Assembly: GCA_964019335.1 (NCBI GenBank)
Contig: OZ025702.1
Location: 310,001 to 374,000 of the forward strand
Direction of reading: 5' to 3'
DNA: 64,000 nucleotides
Source: Diplonema japonicum
Taxonomy: Eukaryota; Protista; Euglenozoa: Diplonemea
Below the pieces are notes generated by a model. It made no database searches and had not been told where the DNA came from. It saw only the letters and a program-made list of their open reading frames with translations. The translations under genes and the position numbers were made by a program. Positions 44,290 to 56,848 of the stretch are shown one piece after another. The stretch's first letter is position 1. Each line of letters begins with the position of its first letter.

Positions 44290-44949
44290 ATGATGAAGAG
44301 AACGCTTGTGAGATGCTTCAGCATGATCCCGCAGCCCCCTCTGGACGGCTTCACCCCTGTGCTCTCGGAGGAGACGGTGAGCTTTCACTACACGAAGTAT
44401 GGACCTTTAAAAAATAAAAAAGAAAAAGAAAAAACACCTCACCGCAGGCACCACACAGGGTACTACAACAAGTTGAAGGCATTTGCCGAGACGGAGCGTC
44501 CTGACCTGCTGGACAAGAGCAACGAGGACATCATCAAGACGGAGACGGGGTTCGCGTTCAACCAGGCGGCACAGCTTTACAACCACGACTTCTACTGGAA
44601 CTCCATGAGCAACAAGGGGGCCGATGCTCCATCTGGGGAACTGGCTGCAAAGATCGTGGTTGAGTTCGGGAGCTTCGAGGAGTTCAAGAAGGCGTTCCAG
44701 GGTCAGGTGGGTGCTCACTTCGGGAGTGGGTGGGTGTGGCTTGTTCAGGAGAAGGACACCAAGAAGCTGAAGATCGTGCAGACCCACGACGCAGGGTGCC
44801 CCATCACAGATGACAACCTGCACCCCATCCTCACCTGCGACGCATGGGAGCATGCCTTCTACATTGATTACAGGAACGACAAGCCGAAGTACGCTGAGAA
44901 CTGGTGGAACATTGTTAACTGGGAATTCGCCGCCTCCAACCTCCTCTGA
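44290..44949 (+). CDS. Fe-superoxide dismutase, copy 1 (mitochondrial presequence; 2 exons)
   Basis: HYTK|HHTGY, FNQAAQLYNHDFYW, FGSGWVW, DAWEHAFYIDY. Intron 44397-44447. Confidence 0.95.
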   Translation: MMKRTLVRCFSMIPQPPLDGFTPVLSEETVSFHYTKYGPLKNKKEKEKTPHRRHHTGYYNKLKAFAETERPDLLDKSNEDIIKTETGFAFNQAAQLYNHDFYWNSMSNKGADAPSGELAAKIVVEFGSFEEFKKAFQGQVGAHFGSGWVWLVQEKDTKKLKIVQTHDAGCPITDDNLHPILTCDAWEHAFYIDYRNDKPKYAENWWNIVNWEFAASNLL

Positions 44950-45001
44950 GCAGTGAGTGGAGTGGCTGAGACTATTTTTTACCTCTTTTTTCTTTCTTAT
45001 T

Positions 45002-45126
45002 GTATGGCTGGGATCAAGGAGGGGTGCCCGATGACCTGCAGGCATTCTACATTTACTACGAACGGCAGCCAAAGTACGCTGAGAACTTTTGTCAGCTGAG
45101 ACTTTGTTGCTTCAAACTTGCTTTAA
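45002..45126 (+). pseudogene. Deleted, decayed 3' fragment of a third Fe-SOD copy
   Basis: Collinear blocks GGGTGCCC, GCATTCTACATTTACTAC, CCAAAGTACGCTGAGAAC, ...TCAAACTTGCTTTAA match the SOD 3' end with gaps. Confidence 0.75.
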
Positions 45127-45144
45127 ATTCCCTCCCCTCGCTTG

Positions 45145-45286
45145 TTTTCTTTTTCTTTTTCTTTTTCTTTTTCTTTTTCTTTTTCTTTTTCTTTTTCTTT
45201 TTCTTTTTCTTTTTCTTTTTCTTTTTCTTTTTCTTTTTCTTTTTCTTTTTCTTTTTCTTTTTCTTTTTCTTTTTCTTTTTCTTTTC
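45145..45286. repeat. (TTTTTC)n microsatellite, about 23 units
   Basis: Directly visible. Confidence 0.95.
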
Positions 45287-45808
45287 CTTATTTTTCTCTC
45301 CGTCTTTGTTCCGTCTGGAGGAAGACTTAAAAAAAAAAGGGGGGGGGGGGGGGGCAAAAGATTGCTCCAAGGTTTTAATTAATTTAAGCGTGAAAGACAT
45401 ATTTAATTTCTGTGAAAAAATATCGGGAGGTTTTCCGGACAAATGTCAGACCCTTCTTGCCTTTTTTTCTTTTTTGTCCACTTCGTCACTTCCTGTGTTC
45501 TCATCGCCCTGGCTGGGTTTTTATAAGTTTTTATCTTGCACATGATGCTCATTCTATGAGCAGAAAGGCGAGTGACGGTTGGTCACCCCATCATGTTTGC
45601 AGTCCATGTCCTCGTGCTGACCTTTTGTCAGTGGGTCATCCCAGGTGACTGCCTCTGACGTCGTCCTCACGATCGGCTCCTTCTCCCGCAGCTGTTTCGG
45701 TGTCACGAGCTGCCCCACTCCCCGGCTGCTCCTGCGCTATGAAGTATTCTCTCCACCTGTACCTCTCTCTTGGCCTTGGCCTGGGCCGCGTGCGTTTCTG
45801 TTCCCCCC

Positions 45809-45896
45809 GCCATTATTTCACCGTGAAGTAACGAGATTTAGCGTGAAGTAATGGGCCCCCCAGTGCGTGAAGTAATTTCTGAAGAGTGAAATAAAA
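45809..45896 (-). mobile_element. Inverted copy of the 42812-42899 terminal sequence (88 bp, 1 mismatch)
   Basis: Reverse complement equals 42812-42899 except CTCGTTAC versus CTCATTAC. Confidence 0.9.
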
Positions 45897-45918
45897 CAAA
45901 AAAAAAAAAAAAAAAAAA

Positions 45919-46578
45919 ATGATGAAGAGAACGCTTGTGAGATGCTTCAGCATGATCCCGCAGCCCCCTCTGGACGGCTTCACCCCTGTGCTCTCGGAGG
46001 AGACGGTGAGCTTTCACTACACGAAGTATGGACCTTTAAAAAATAAAAAAGAAAAAGAAAAAACACCTCACCGCAGGCACCACACAGGGTACTACAACAA
46101 GTTGAAGGCATTTGCCGAGACGGAGCGTCCTGACCTGCTGGACAAGAGCAACGAGGACATCATCAAGACGGAGACGGGGTTCGCGTTCAACCAGGCGGCA
46201 CAGCTTTACAACCACGACTTCTACTGGAACTCCATGAGCAACAAGGGGGCCGATGCTCCATCTGGGGAACTGGCTGCAAAGATCACCGCTGAGTTCGGGA
46301 GCTTCGAGGAGTTCAAGAAGGCGTTCCAGGGTCAGGTGGGTGCTCACTTCGGGAGTGGGTGGGTGTGGCTTGTTCAGGAGAAGGACACCAAGAAGCTGAA
46401 GATCGTGCAGACCCACGACGCAGGGTGCCCCATCACAGATGACAACCTGCACCCCATCCTCACCTGCGACGCATGGGAGCATGCCTTCTACATTGATTAC
46501 AGGAACGACAAGCCGAAGTACGCTGAGAACTGGTGGAACATTGTTAACTGGGAATTCGCCGCCTCCAACCTCCTCTGA
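45919..46578 (+). CDS. Fe-superoxide dismutase, copy 2 (2 exons)
   Basis: Identical to copy 1, including intron 46026-46076, except KITAEF versus KIVVEF. Confidence 0.95.
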   Translation: MMKRTLVRCFSMIPQPPLDGFTPVLSEETVSFHYTKYGPLKNKKEKEKTPHRRHHTGYYNKLKAFAETERPDLLDKSNEDIIKTETGFAFNQAAQLYNHDFYWNSMSNKGADAPSGELAAKITAEFGSFEEFKKAFQGQVGAHFGSGWVWLVQEKDTKKLKIVQTHDAGCPITDDNLHPILTCDAWEHAFYIDYRNDKPKYAENWWNIVNWEFAASNLL

Positions 46579-46876
46579 GCAGTGAGTGGCTGAGACATCT
46601 TTTTTTTTTTTTTTTTTTTTTTTTTCTCTTCTTATTTCCATTCGATTTTCTTTGAAAGAGCCCCCCTTTTTTTGGGGGGGTTTTGATAATTTTTACCCTT
46701 TTCTTAACAGACCAAAGTATACAAAAGCGAATGAGAGAACGAAGAGAGGGTGGGGGGGGGAGGGGAGGGTGACGCGGCATCGCATTTTTTTTTTCTCCTT
46801 TATTATTATTTTTTTTTCCCTTAATTTTTTTTTTCCTCTATTTCCCCCCCTTTTTTTTGATTTGATTTTTCATAAT

Positions 46877-46907
<31 letters not shown>

Positions 46908-46948
46908 CTGTTCTCCATTATATATTTTCCCAAGAGAGAGAAAAAAAA

Positions 46949-47741
46949 ATGTCGGTGGACAACTTAGTGCTATACTGGAATGAAAATCTAAGCGACCACG
47001 TCGTAACTGTTCAGAACCCGGGAGAGGGATATTCTGAGGTTGGGGTGGTGGGGAAGGTCATGAAGTCAGCCTGCGGACTGGGCAACGGCATCATGCTGAA
47101 GAACGAGAAGAACATGCAAAAGTGTAAGAAAAACAGGGAAGTCGCCAGCATCGTCGATGTCCCCCGGAACTGGGAGCTCGATTTCGATGTCGTCCCTTCA
47201 AAAGTACTGAATGAAGAGGGATTCCTCATGTCCTGGGTGGCCTCGGGCAAATCCGTATTTTCCGTCAGCATAGATAAAGGCAGCCAGCGGATTCTTATAA
47301 GAACGGCCACCGCCTTACTAAAATCGACAAAATTGCTCCCAGTGGAGACACCCACCAACATCACTATTCGGATGGTGAACACGAATTTAAAACTGTACCT
47401 CAACAAGGAGGAAGACTGTTGGATGCAGGAAGGCAGGTACCTTTCAAACATAACAGTGTCCATATTCTCATGCCGGGACACCGACACCCCTGCCAACGCC
47501 TGTATTTCCGATATCACCCTCTTCCCTGCCAAAACATTCTCAATTTGGGAGACGCAAAAAACTATAGAAGTTCGAGATAGGAGCACTCTTAGCTTACCCC
47601 CAAACACCATCGAAGCCTTGGTCTGGGCCAACTACGGAAGCGGAGATTCTTGGACTGATGTATCATCTATTCTAAAGGGAAAGATCACGCAGAACGGTGG
47701 GATCAACTGCACGGTTACCAACAAGGTATGAGGTGAGGGGG

Positions 47742-47776
<35 letters not shown>

Positions 47777-48188
47777 ATTCAACCAACCTTCTGTGAAAAC
47801 CTCGCGTTTATTGGTGCTGAGCATCATACCGAAGAAGAAGTCACTTCCTCATCACGAGGTATTAAGGAGAAACAAAAAAAAAAAAAAAAAACAGTGCCAA
47901 GGGCGTGTTGTGGTTCCGTTGTTTCAAATGTGGAACGGGGAACTGAAAAACCACGTTCTGACCTCGGACCCTTCCAACTACGTCGACAAAGGGTATCAGG
48001 TCAAACACATCGAGGGTTACTCCTATGACACCCTGTCGCACGATATGCTCCTTACATGCATAGAGACCTATCGGTCAGAGAAGACAGGCGACACCTGTGC
48101 TGTGGTCGACCTCGCCACTCTGAACAGAATCAGGCAGATGGGGTCGTACGTTTTAGCATGCCCTGGTGAGGGTTGTATCCTCCCGTGA
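46949..48188 (+). CDS. Hypothetical multidomain protein with lectin-like modules (3 exons)
   Basis: Introns 47726-47774 and 47859-47894. ANYG...DVS...VTNKLF resembles SUEL/DUF3395-type modules; central beta-rich LamG-like region; PLFQMWN...HVLT...GY...EGY C-terminal repeat. Confidence 0.55.
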
Positions 48189-48327
48189 GACGGGAATAAA
48201 AATATACACCTGCCCACGTTATTTTTTTTTCTCCCCCCCCTCCCTCCCCCCCCCGCAATTTTATACTTTTTTTTCTCCTATCGGCGATTATATTTCCCCC
48301 CTTTTTTTTTATAGGAGTGTCACAACA

Positions 48328-51300
48328 ATGGAGTCCTTACGGGTGCCTGCACAGTTGGTTTTACTGCTACTCTGTTCAGTGGGCGTTCGTGGTGGCATGC
48401 TGTGCGGTGCTGGGTCGCTCCAACTCACATGTGCCGATCACGAGTACTGTGCCGCGGGCTCTGAAGGTATCGGATTCGAGTGTAAATTCATGTGCAGTGC
48501 TATCGGGCGGGGCTGCACGGCGGCCAACACGGACAAGGTAGTGTACAACCCTCCAGCAAGCTGCATGTCTCCTTACTACGGTGCTGCCTGCCCTAACTCC
48601 ATGGACTGCTCCTGCGTTTGCAAAACTGGTTTTGCGGGCGATTTGTGTGACACCTGTGCTGATGGCTACAAGGCCTCCGGTGCTGACTGCAATCCTGTCT
48701 GCACCATTGCAGCCAGCTGCAACTCCCATGCCTCTGACGTGACTTGGTCTGCAGGTGACGTTTGCACCTGTACTTGTGACACCGGCTTTGCCCAGCCCAC
48801 CTGCAACACATGCAAGGCTAACTACATCAACTACCCTACGTGTACTGAGTGCACAAACCCTGTGCATTGCAACAACCTCGCCACTACCGTCGCAGACGAC
48901 GGTACGCGCACCTCGTGTGTGTGCACCTGCCCGCTGCAGTTCTCTGGCAGTACTTGTGATTCTTGTTCTAAGGGTTATATCAACTACCCCACCTGCACAC
49001 AGTGCACCAAGGCAGCCAACTGCAACAGCCACGCCGACACCGTCACCGACGATGGCACACGCACCACGTGTGTGTGCACCTGCAGCAACAAGTGGACAGG
49101 CGGTCAGTGTCAAACGTGTCCTGCTAAGTACGGCGGGGCCGACTGCAATCAATGTGCTGTCAAACATATCGGCTACCCCACCTGCACCGAGTGCACTGAT
49201 GCTGTCAACTGCAACACGCATTCTAGCGATGTCACCGATGATGGCACCCGGACTTCCTGCAAGTGCACATGCAGAAACCAGTGGAGTGGAGACTCATGCG
49301 AGACGTGCTTGCCAAAATTCGGTGGCACTGACTGTAACAAGTGTGCAGCGAAACACGTCGACTACCCGACCTGCACGGAGTGCACGATTCCCAGCAGCTG
49401 TTCCAATCACGCTGATTCCGTGAAAACGGACATCCCACAGACAGCCTGCGTCTGCACCTGCAGCAACAAGTGGACTGGTGACAAATGTCAGACGTGTCCC
49501 GCCAAATATGGTGGCAGTGCTTGCGACAAATGTGCAGCAAACTACATTGATTATCCTACTTGCACGGAGTGCACGAATGATGTCCACTGCAACAGCCACG
49601 CCTCTTCGGTTGCAGATGACGGAATGCGCACGGCTTGTGTGTGCACCTGTGCAACTGGTTTCACAGGTGATACTTGCAACAAGTGTGCGGAAAACTATGT
49701 CAACTACCCCACCTGCACAAAGTGCACAAAAGCTGCTCACTGCAACAATCACGCTTCTTCGGTGGCAGATGATGGTATGCGCACGGCTTGTGTGTGCACC
49801 TGTGCAGCTGGTTTCACAGGTGACACTTGTGATAAGTGTGCTGCTGACCACATTGACTACCCGACCTGCACGGAGTGCACGATTCCCAGCAGCTGTTCCA
49901 ATCACGCTGATTCTGTTAAAACGGACACCCCACAGACAGCCTGCGTCTGCACCTGCAGCAACAAGTGGACTGGTGACAAATGCCAGACTTGTCCCACCAA
50001 ATATGGTGGCAGTGCTTGCGACAAATGTGCAGCAAACTACATTGATTATCCTACTTGCACGGAGTGCACGAATGATGTCCACTGCAACAGCCACGCCTCT
50101 TCGGTTGCAGATGACGGAATGCGCACGGCTTGCGTCTGCACCTGTGCAACTGGTTTCACAGGTGACACTTGCAACAAGTGTCTTGAGGATCACATCAACT
50201 ACCCCACCTGCACGGAGTGCACAAATTCAGCTCACTGCAACAACCATGCTGTGAATGTTGCTGACGACGGGACGCGAACAAGCTGTGTGTGCACCTGCAG
50301 CAACAAGTGGACAGGCGGTCAGTGTCAAACGTGTCCTGCTAAGTACGGCGGCAACAAGTGTAACAAATGTGCAGTAAAACACATCAACTACCCAACCTGC
50401 ACCGAGTGCACTGATGCTGTCAACTGCAACGGGCGTTCAAGCTCTGTGGACGATGATGGCACCCGGACTTCCTGCAAGTGCACATGCAGAAACCAGTGGA
50501 GTGGAGACTCATGCGAGACGTGCTTGCCAAAATTCGGTGGCACTGACTGCAACAAGTGTGCAGCGAAACACGTCGACTACCCGACCTGCACGGAGTGCAC
50601 GATTCCCAGCAGCTGTTCCAATCACGCTGATTCCGTGAAAACGGACACCCCACAGACAGCCTGCGTCTGCACCTGCAGCAACAAGTGGACTGGTGACAAA
50701 TGTCAGACGTGTCCCGCCAAATATGGTGGCAGTGCTTGCGACAAATGTGCAGCAAACTACATTGATTATCCTACTTGCACGGAGTGCACGAATGATGTCC
50801 ACTGCAACAGCCACGCCTCTTCGGTTGCAGATGATGGAATGCGCAAGGCTTGCGTCTGCACCTGTGCAACTGGTTTCACAGGTGATACTTGCAACAAGTG
50901 TGCAGTGAACCACATCAACTACCCCACCTGTACTGAGTGCACAAAATCAGCTCACTGCAACAACCACGCCTCTTCGGTGGCAGACGATGGTATGCGCACG
51001 GCTTGTGTGTGCACCTGCAGCAACAAGTGGACAGGCGGTCAGTGTCAAACGTGTCCTGCTAAGTACGGTGGCAACAAGTGTAACAAATGTGCAATGGACC
51101 ATATCACCTATCCCACTTGCACCGAATGCACTATCGCAGATCATTGCAGTGGACATGCTAGCGCGGTTGCAGACGACGGGCAGCGACAGAGCTGTGCATG
51201 TACCTGTAACGACGCTTGGGAGGGATCTGCGTGTCAAACGTGCTCTGTTGTTTACGAGCAGACGCAGTGCAAGGCGTGTGTGGCTAACCGTATCACCTAC

Positions 51301-54300
51301 CCCACCTGCACGCAGTGTACGTCGAAGAAGCATTGCTCGGACCACGCTGCAAGTGTGGCTGATGACGGGACACGTAGCAGCTGTTCGTGCACATGCAGGA
51401 ACGAATGGAAAGGAACCACATGCGAGACATGCGATGTCAAGCATGCCAATGACTGCAGCGAATGTGCACAAGGGTACATCAAACCCTTCCCCGCCTGTGT
51501 GCAGTGCGACCCTGACGTACACTGTTCGTCGCATGCTCTCTCTGTCGACGACGATGGCACACGCACGTTCTGCCGATGCGAATGCAGAAATCAGTGGAGC
51601 GGCAGCAAATGCGAAACATGCGATCCGAAATACGCCGGTTCCGACTGCAACGAATGTGCAGGGAGCGGCATCAACTACCCTATTTGTGGTGAGTGCACTG
51701 TTGTTGACGACTGCAGCAACCATGCTACAGATGTCAAAAGTGATGCGAGCAAAACCTCCTGTACGTGCACATGCAGGAACAAGTGGACCAGTAGCAAGTG
51801 TGAAACGTGCACCTCTGAGTTTAGCGGCAGCGACTGCAATGAGTGTGCAGTTGGCCACGTCAACTATGACACTTGCAGGCAGTGCACAATCCCAGATGAC
51901 TGCAGTGGGCACGCCAGCGGTGTGAACGATGACGGCACACGTACAAGCTGCGTGTGCGCCTGCCTAAACCAATGGGTGGGTGGCAAGTGCGAGACGTGTC
52001 CTGTGGAATACGGTGGTACAAACTGCGACACATGCGCCGTGGGGAGGATCAATTACCCTAACTGCACTGAGTGCACCAATACCACGCACTGCAACGATAG
52101 GGCAACGCATGTCACCGACGACGGAGTGCGCGGCTCATGCCAGTGCACGTGCAGGAACAAGTGGTCTGGTGCCATGTGCCAGACGTGCGATTCCAACTTC
52201 AATGGCAGCGACTGCAACGAGTGTGCACCCAACCACATCAACTACGACACCTGTGAGCCGTGCAGTCTTATGACGCACTGCAGCAACCATGCCGATAGTG
52301 TCGTGGACGACGGAACTAGGACAGAATGCAAGTGCTCGTGCAGGAATGAATGGTCTGGCAACCAGTGCGAACAGTGTGTGGCCCCGCACGGGGGCAGTGA
52401 TTGCAACGAGTGTGCAGTCGGGCACATCACATACCCCAACTGCACGGAGTGTACTATACCCAAACACTGTAGCAACCACGCAAGCTCAGTGAGCGATGAC
52501 GGTAACAGGCAAACTTGCTCTTGTGTCTGCGACAACCAATGGACAGGTGCTAACTGCAGTGTGTGTCCGCCTAACTTCGCAGGGCCAAACTGTGACCAAT
52601 GTGCTGTGGGCCACATAGACTACGCAGGAGGCTGCATCGAGTGCACTATTGATGCACACTGCAATGGGCATGCTGATGGTGTCTCTGACGACAATCGGAC
52701 AACTTGTGTCTGCAACTGCAGCAACCAGTGGACGGGCGATGTTTGCAAGACCTGCCCCTTACCCTACACTGGCGCTTTGTGCAACCAGTGCGTCGCCGAC
52801 AAGATCAACTACCCGACGTGCACCCAGTGCGAGAAGGCGGTGCACTGCAACGGGAACGCCCTCAATGTGGAGCCCAACGCAGCACAGTCCGCTTGTGAGT
52901 GCACCTGCAACGACCGGTGGACAGGACTAACATGCAAAGATTGCCCTTCCAAGTACAACGATACTAATTGCAACAAATGCAAAGACGGCTTCATCGACTA
53001 CCCCACATGCTCAGAGTGCACTTTGAACGCTGACTGCAACGGGCACGCTGACTCAGTAACCAACAACGGGCCGAGGGACGCGTGCATGTGTACGTGCAGG
53101 AACCAGTGGACGGGTCTGAAATGTGAGACATGTGACTCAACCAAATACGGTGGAGCTGACTGTGACGAATGTGCACAGGGCCACAAGAACTACCCCTTGT
53201 GTGGTGATGCGTGCCACAAGGATTACAACTGCAGCGGGCACGCAAACTCAGTAAAATTCAACGCCGCGGACGGCACGTGCAGCTGTGCATGCACCAATCA
53301 GTGGACGGGTGCGGCGTGTGATGTGTGTGACAAAAAGTACTCAGCAACGTGTGACTTCTGTACAGATAATCACATCAATTACCCTGCCTGTACACAATGC
53401 AACATCTCCACAAGCTGCAAGGGGCGTGCCACAGCTGTTACCACCGACGCTGCGCATACAGTGTGCAAGTGCACGTGCACGGACTTCTGGAAAGGCTCCC
53501 AGTGTGATCAATGCGATGCAGGAATGGATGCTACATGCAGTACTTGTGCCGATGGGTGGAAAGGGGTAGCACCTATCTGCGAAGAGTGCACCTCTGTCAA
53601 GCACTGCAGCAACCACGCCGACAACGTCACAGGTGACAACACGACTTGTATCTGCTCATGCCGCAACCAATGGACGGACGCAACGTGCGGTACGTGTCCT
53701 ACAAAGTACGCTGGAACTGATTGTGACCAATGTGCTCCTTCCCTGATGAACTACCCTTCGTGCGTGCCGATGTGCGAGCTGAGCAACAACTGCTCCCACG
53801 CATTGTCGGTGGAATGGGTGGCACCCAGCTCGTGCAAATGCAATTGCGAAGACAACTGGAAAGGAGATGCTTGCGGCACATGCGAGCTGAACTACAACCA
53901 GACGACGTGTGCAGCTTGTGCCGAGGGGCACATTGCGTACCCCTTCTGCTTCCCATGCTCGAACGATGGGAACTGCAACGGCAACGCTGATGTGGTGAGC
54001 GACGACGGCACACGCTCTACATGTGTGTGCAACTGCTCAGGGCAATATACAGGGACGTCCTGCGATGTGTGCCCAAAGAAATACGGCGGTGCAAAGTGCG
54101 ACAAATGCGCCACCGGATACATCAACTACCCGGACTGTGACCAGTGCACACAATTAACATGCAGCAACCACGCTGATGCTGTGGGGACAAATGCAAACCA
54201 GACTGCATGCGAGTGCACCTGCAGCAACAAGTGGGACGGCGACATTTGCGAATCGTGCCCCGACCAGTACTCTGGCGCCAACTGTGACGAATGTGCAGGT

Positions 54301-55546
54301 GACGGTGTGAAATACCCGGCATGCGGCTCTCCGTGCACTGTGGAAGCAAACTGCTCCTCTAGCGCAGATTCCGTTAGATTTGTCAGCGGCAGCTGCGTGT
54401 GCTCATGCTCTAGCAGGTTTGCAGGCAAGCAATGTGACACCTGTGCCCATCCTTATGGAGGAAGTGCTTGCGACGAATGCCTGCCCGGCTTCTTCGCGGA
54501 CCCCTTCCCTCTGTGCGTGGAATGCACCTCAGAGGTATACTCTTTCAAAAACAAAAAAACAAAACCAACAGGCATACTGCAGCGGACATGCCGACAATGT
54601 GACGGACGACGGGACGAGGGACCACTGCGTGTGCTCGTGCAGAGACAAGTGGTTCGGGCTGACGTGCAACAACTGCGATGCGATGTACGGCGGGGACTGC
54701 AACGCATGCACGGCTGGGCTGGTGGGGTTCCCCGATTGCAGGGCCTGCGATCTCATGATGGACTGCAACGCAGCAAACACAGAATCTGTGAACGCCGTCA
54801 ACGGATCGTGCGCCTGCGAGTGCCGTAACATGTGGAACGGGGGCAAGTGCGAAACGTGCCCACCACACTTCGACGCAAAGCAAGACTGCGGGTATGCAAC
54901 GCTCCCTTTCAAACATCTTTACAACAACACATTCAGAGCATGCGAAGCCTCCGCACCAGGGGTTTACCCAGACTGCTCAGAGAGCACAACCCCTACCCTG
55001 ACCCTCACCATTTCCCTCACTTCCAATGTGACACCAACAGCGACCAACTACTCAGCGGGAGGTCTTGAGGTATTTCGTATATTCTTCCCCCACACCCGTT
55101 CACAGGAAGAAGGCGAAGGTGCGACCCCTACACCTACTCTAACGCTTGGAGGTGGGTTCGGTGCAGCCGACGGTGAGGATGACTCATGCTGGACAGCGTT
55201 TAAAGGCCTGTGCTTCTGGCTGTTGTTCATTGGGTGCATCCTGGTGACGTGCTGTCTGGTTGTTGCGGCGGTGCTCTACAGAAAGAAGAAACAGGAGGAA
55301 CAGGAAATGGAGGACAGGATGGGGTTCGACACCCTTGCGAATTATTGCAATGAAGATAATGCGGCTATCGGGCTCGAGGCCGTGGATCAGCCCGCCGTGG
55401 AGGAAATGCAAACCTACAACTTCAGGGACCAGGAAGGTGCTGTGAACCCTGAACCCGCTGATCCTGTATCTCTGTCAGGGCCCCCATCTGAGTCGACCCT
55501 TGTCGACCCCCTGATTGATAAGGAAAGTGAACGACATGAAGTGTGA
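48328..55546 (+). CDS. Very large Cys-rich laminin-EGF-like repeat type I membrane protein (4 exons, over 2300 aa)
   Basis: Signal peptide; dozens of CxxHAxxVxDDGxRxxCxCxC...W/FxGxxC...INYPTC repeats; Thr stalk, TM (LCFWLLFIGCILVTCCLVVAAVLY), RKKK, acidic tail. Introns 54535-54571, 54892-54936, 55070-55105. Confidence 0.9.
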
Positions 55547-56112
55547 TGAGAGGCGAGAGGGGGAAGAGGGTCTTGGTTATTTCCTTCTTTTTCGTGAGTG
55601 CTATAAATTTTTTATTTTTCCTTTCTTTTTTTTCTTTCTTTTTAGTATTAGTTCAAAAAAAAAAAAAATCTGTTTCCTGTTCCCTCTCACATCACCCCTC
55701 CCCTCCCCCCCCTCCGCCGTTTAGCCACGCGAAAAAAAAAAAAGAAGAAAAAAAAAAAGATTTATTTCTTTTTTATTCTTTACTGTCTTGCACACACTTA
55801 GACATTTTTTTTTTTGTTTTTTCTCTTCTCCCTCTGTTTTTGAGAGTCCTTCTGCATTACTTGTAAAGAGTGCAAGGGAGAAAAAAAAAGAACCCAGGAT
55901 ATCTCTAGAAGGCAAATTAGGAGACGACCATGAGGGCAGAGGGAAAGAAGAAGAAGAAAAAAAAGTAGAAAGAGAGAAGAGAAGGTCACAGGATGAGGCC
56001 TCACCCACGGGCGTTTAATTTCCCGGGCGGTAAAAAAGAGGGGGGGGGGGGGGGGGGACTGCAGAAAAAAAGTAAAGTTGCTTGCTGGATCGCAGAATTC
56101 AGCTCTTCTTCT

Positions 56113-56144
<32 letters not shown>

Positions 56145-56848
56145 TTTTCCCCACGCACCATACAGAATATGTGAAAAAAAAGCACGAAAATGAAAAATCA
56201 GTCGAACAAAAAAAATAAAGGGTCGAGAGATATTGTTTGTTTTATTTAGTGGGTTTACTGCTAAAACCTTTTCCTCAATCATAATGAAGAGGAAAGGGGG
56301 GGGGGGGGGGGGGGGAACACATTTGATTCTTATATCGGTTAAACGCCATGAATCCTCCCCCCCCCATCCTCCTTTTCGTAGTTTGTGTGATTCTTCTTTT
56401 TTTTCTTTGCGGAATAGTTTTTAACTATTGATTTTTTAATAGAAATAAAGTGAACTTTATTTCTAGAGGCTGATATTCTTATCTCGAAGGGGGGGGGCTA
56501 GTTTCCGGTACAATTTGAGCCTCTCTCCGTTCTCTATTTTGCGCATCGAATTGAGGTGGAATAAAAAGCGAAAACAATAAAAACAGGCGCACGACAGTCC
56601 CCTTCCCTTTTTTGCACTAAAGTAGCCGATGAAGTCATCTTTGGGCGCATGATATCACAGAATTCCTTGACTGTTGATTGCCTGAATATCTCCTTTTCTA
56701 CCTTCTGAGAAATTCGCCTTGCGTCCCATTGTAAAGTTCTAAAGAAAACATGAAAAGGGGAAAAAATTAAAAAAAAAAAAGGCAGGGGGGAGGCGGGTGA
56801 GCGCGGGAAGGACAGGGAGGGGGAAAAAAAAAGAGAGAGAGGAAAAAA

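Noticed and set aside
56626-56685. C/D-box snoRNA-like arrangement (CGATGA...ATGA...CTGA)
   Set aside because: Imperfect C box, no terminal stem, and no convincing rRNA complement that I could identify.
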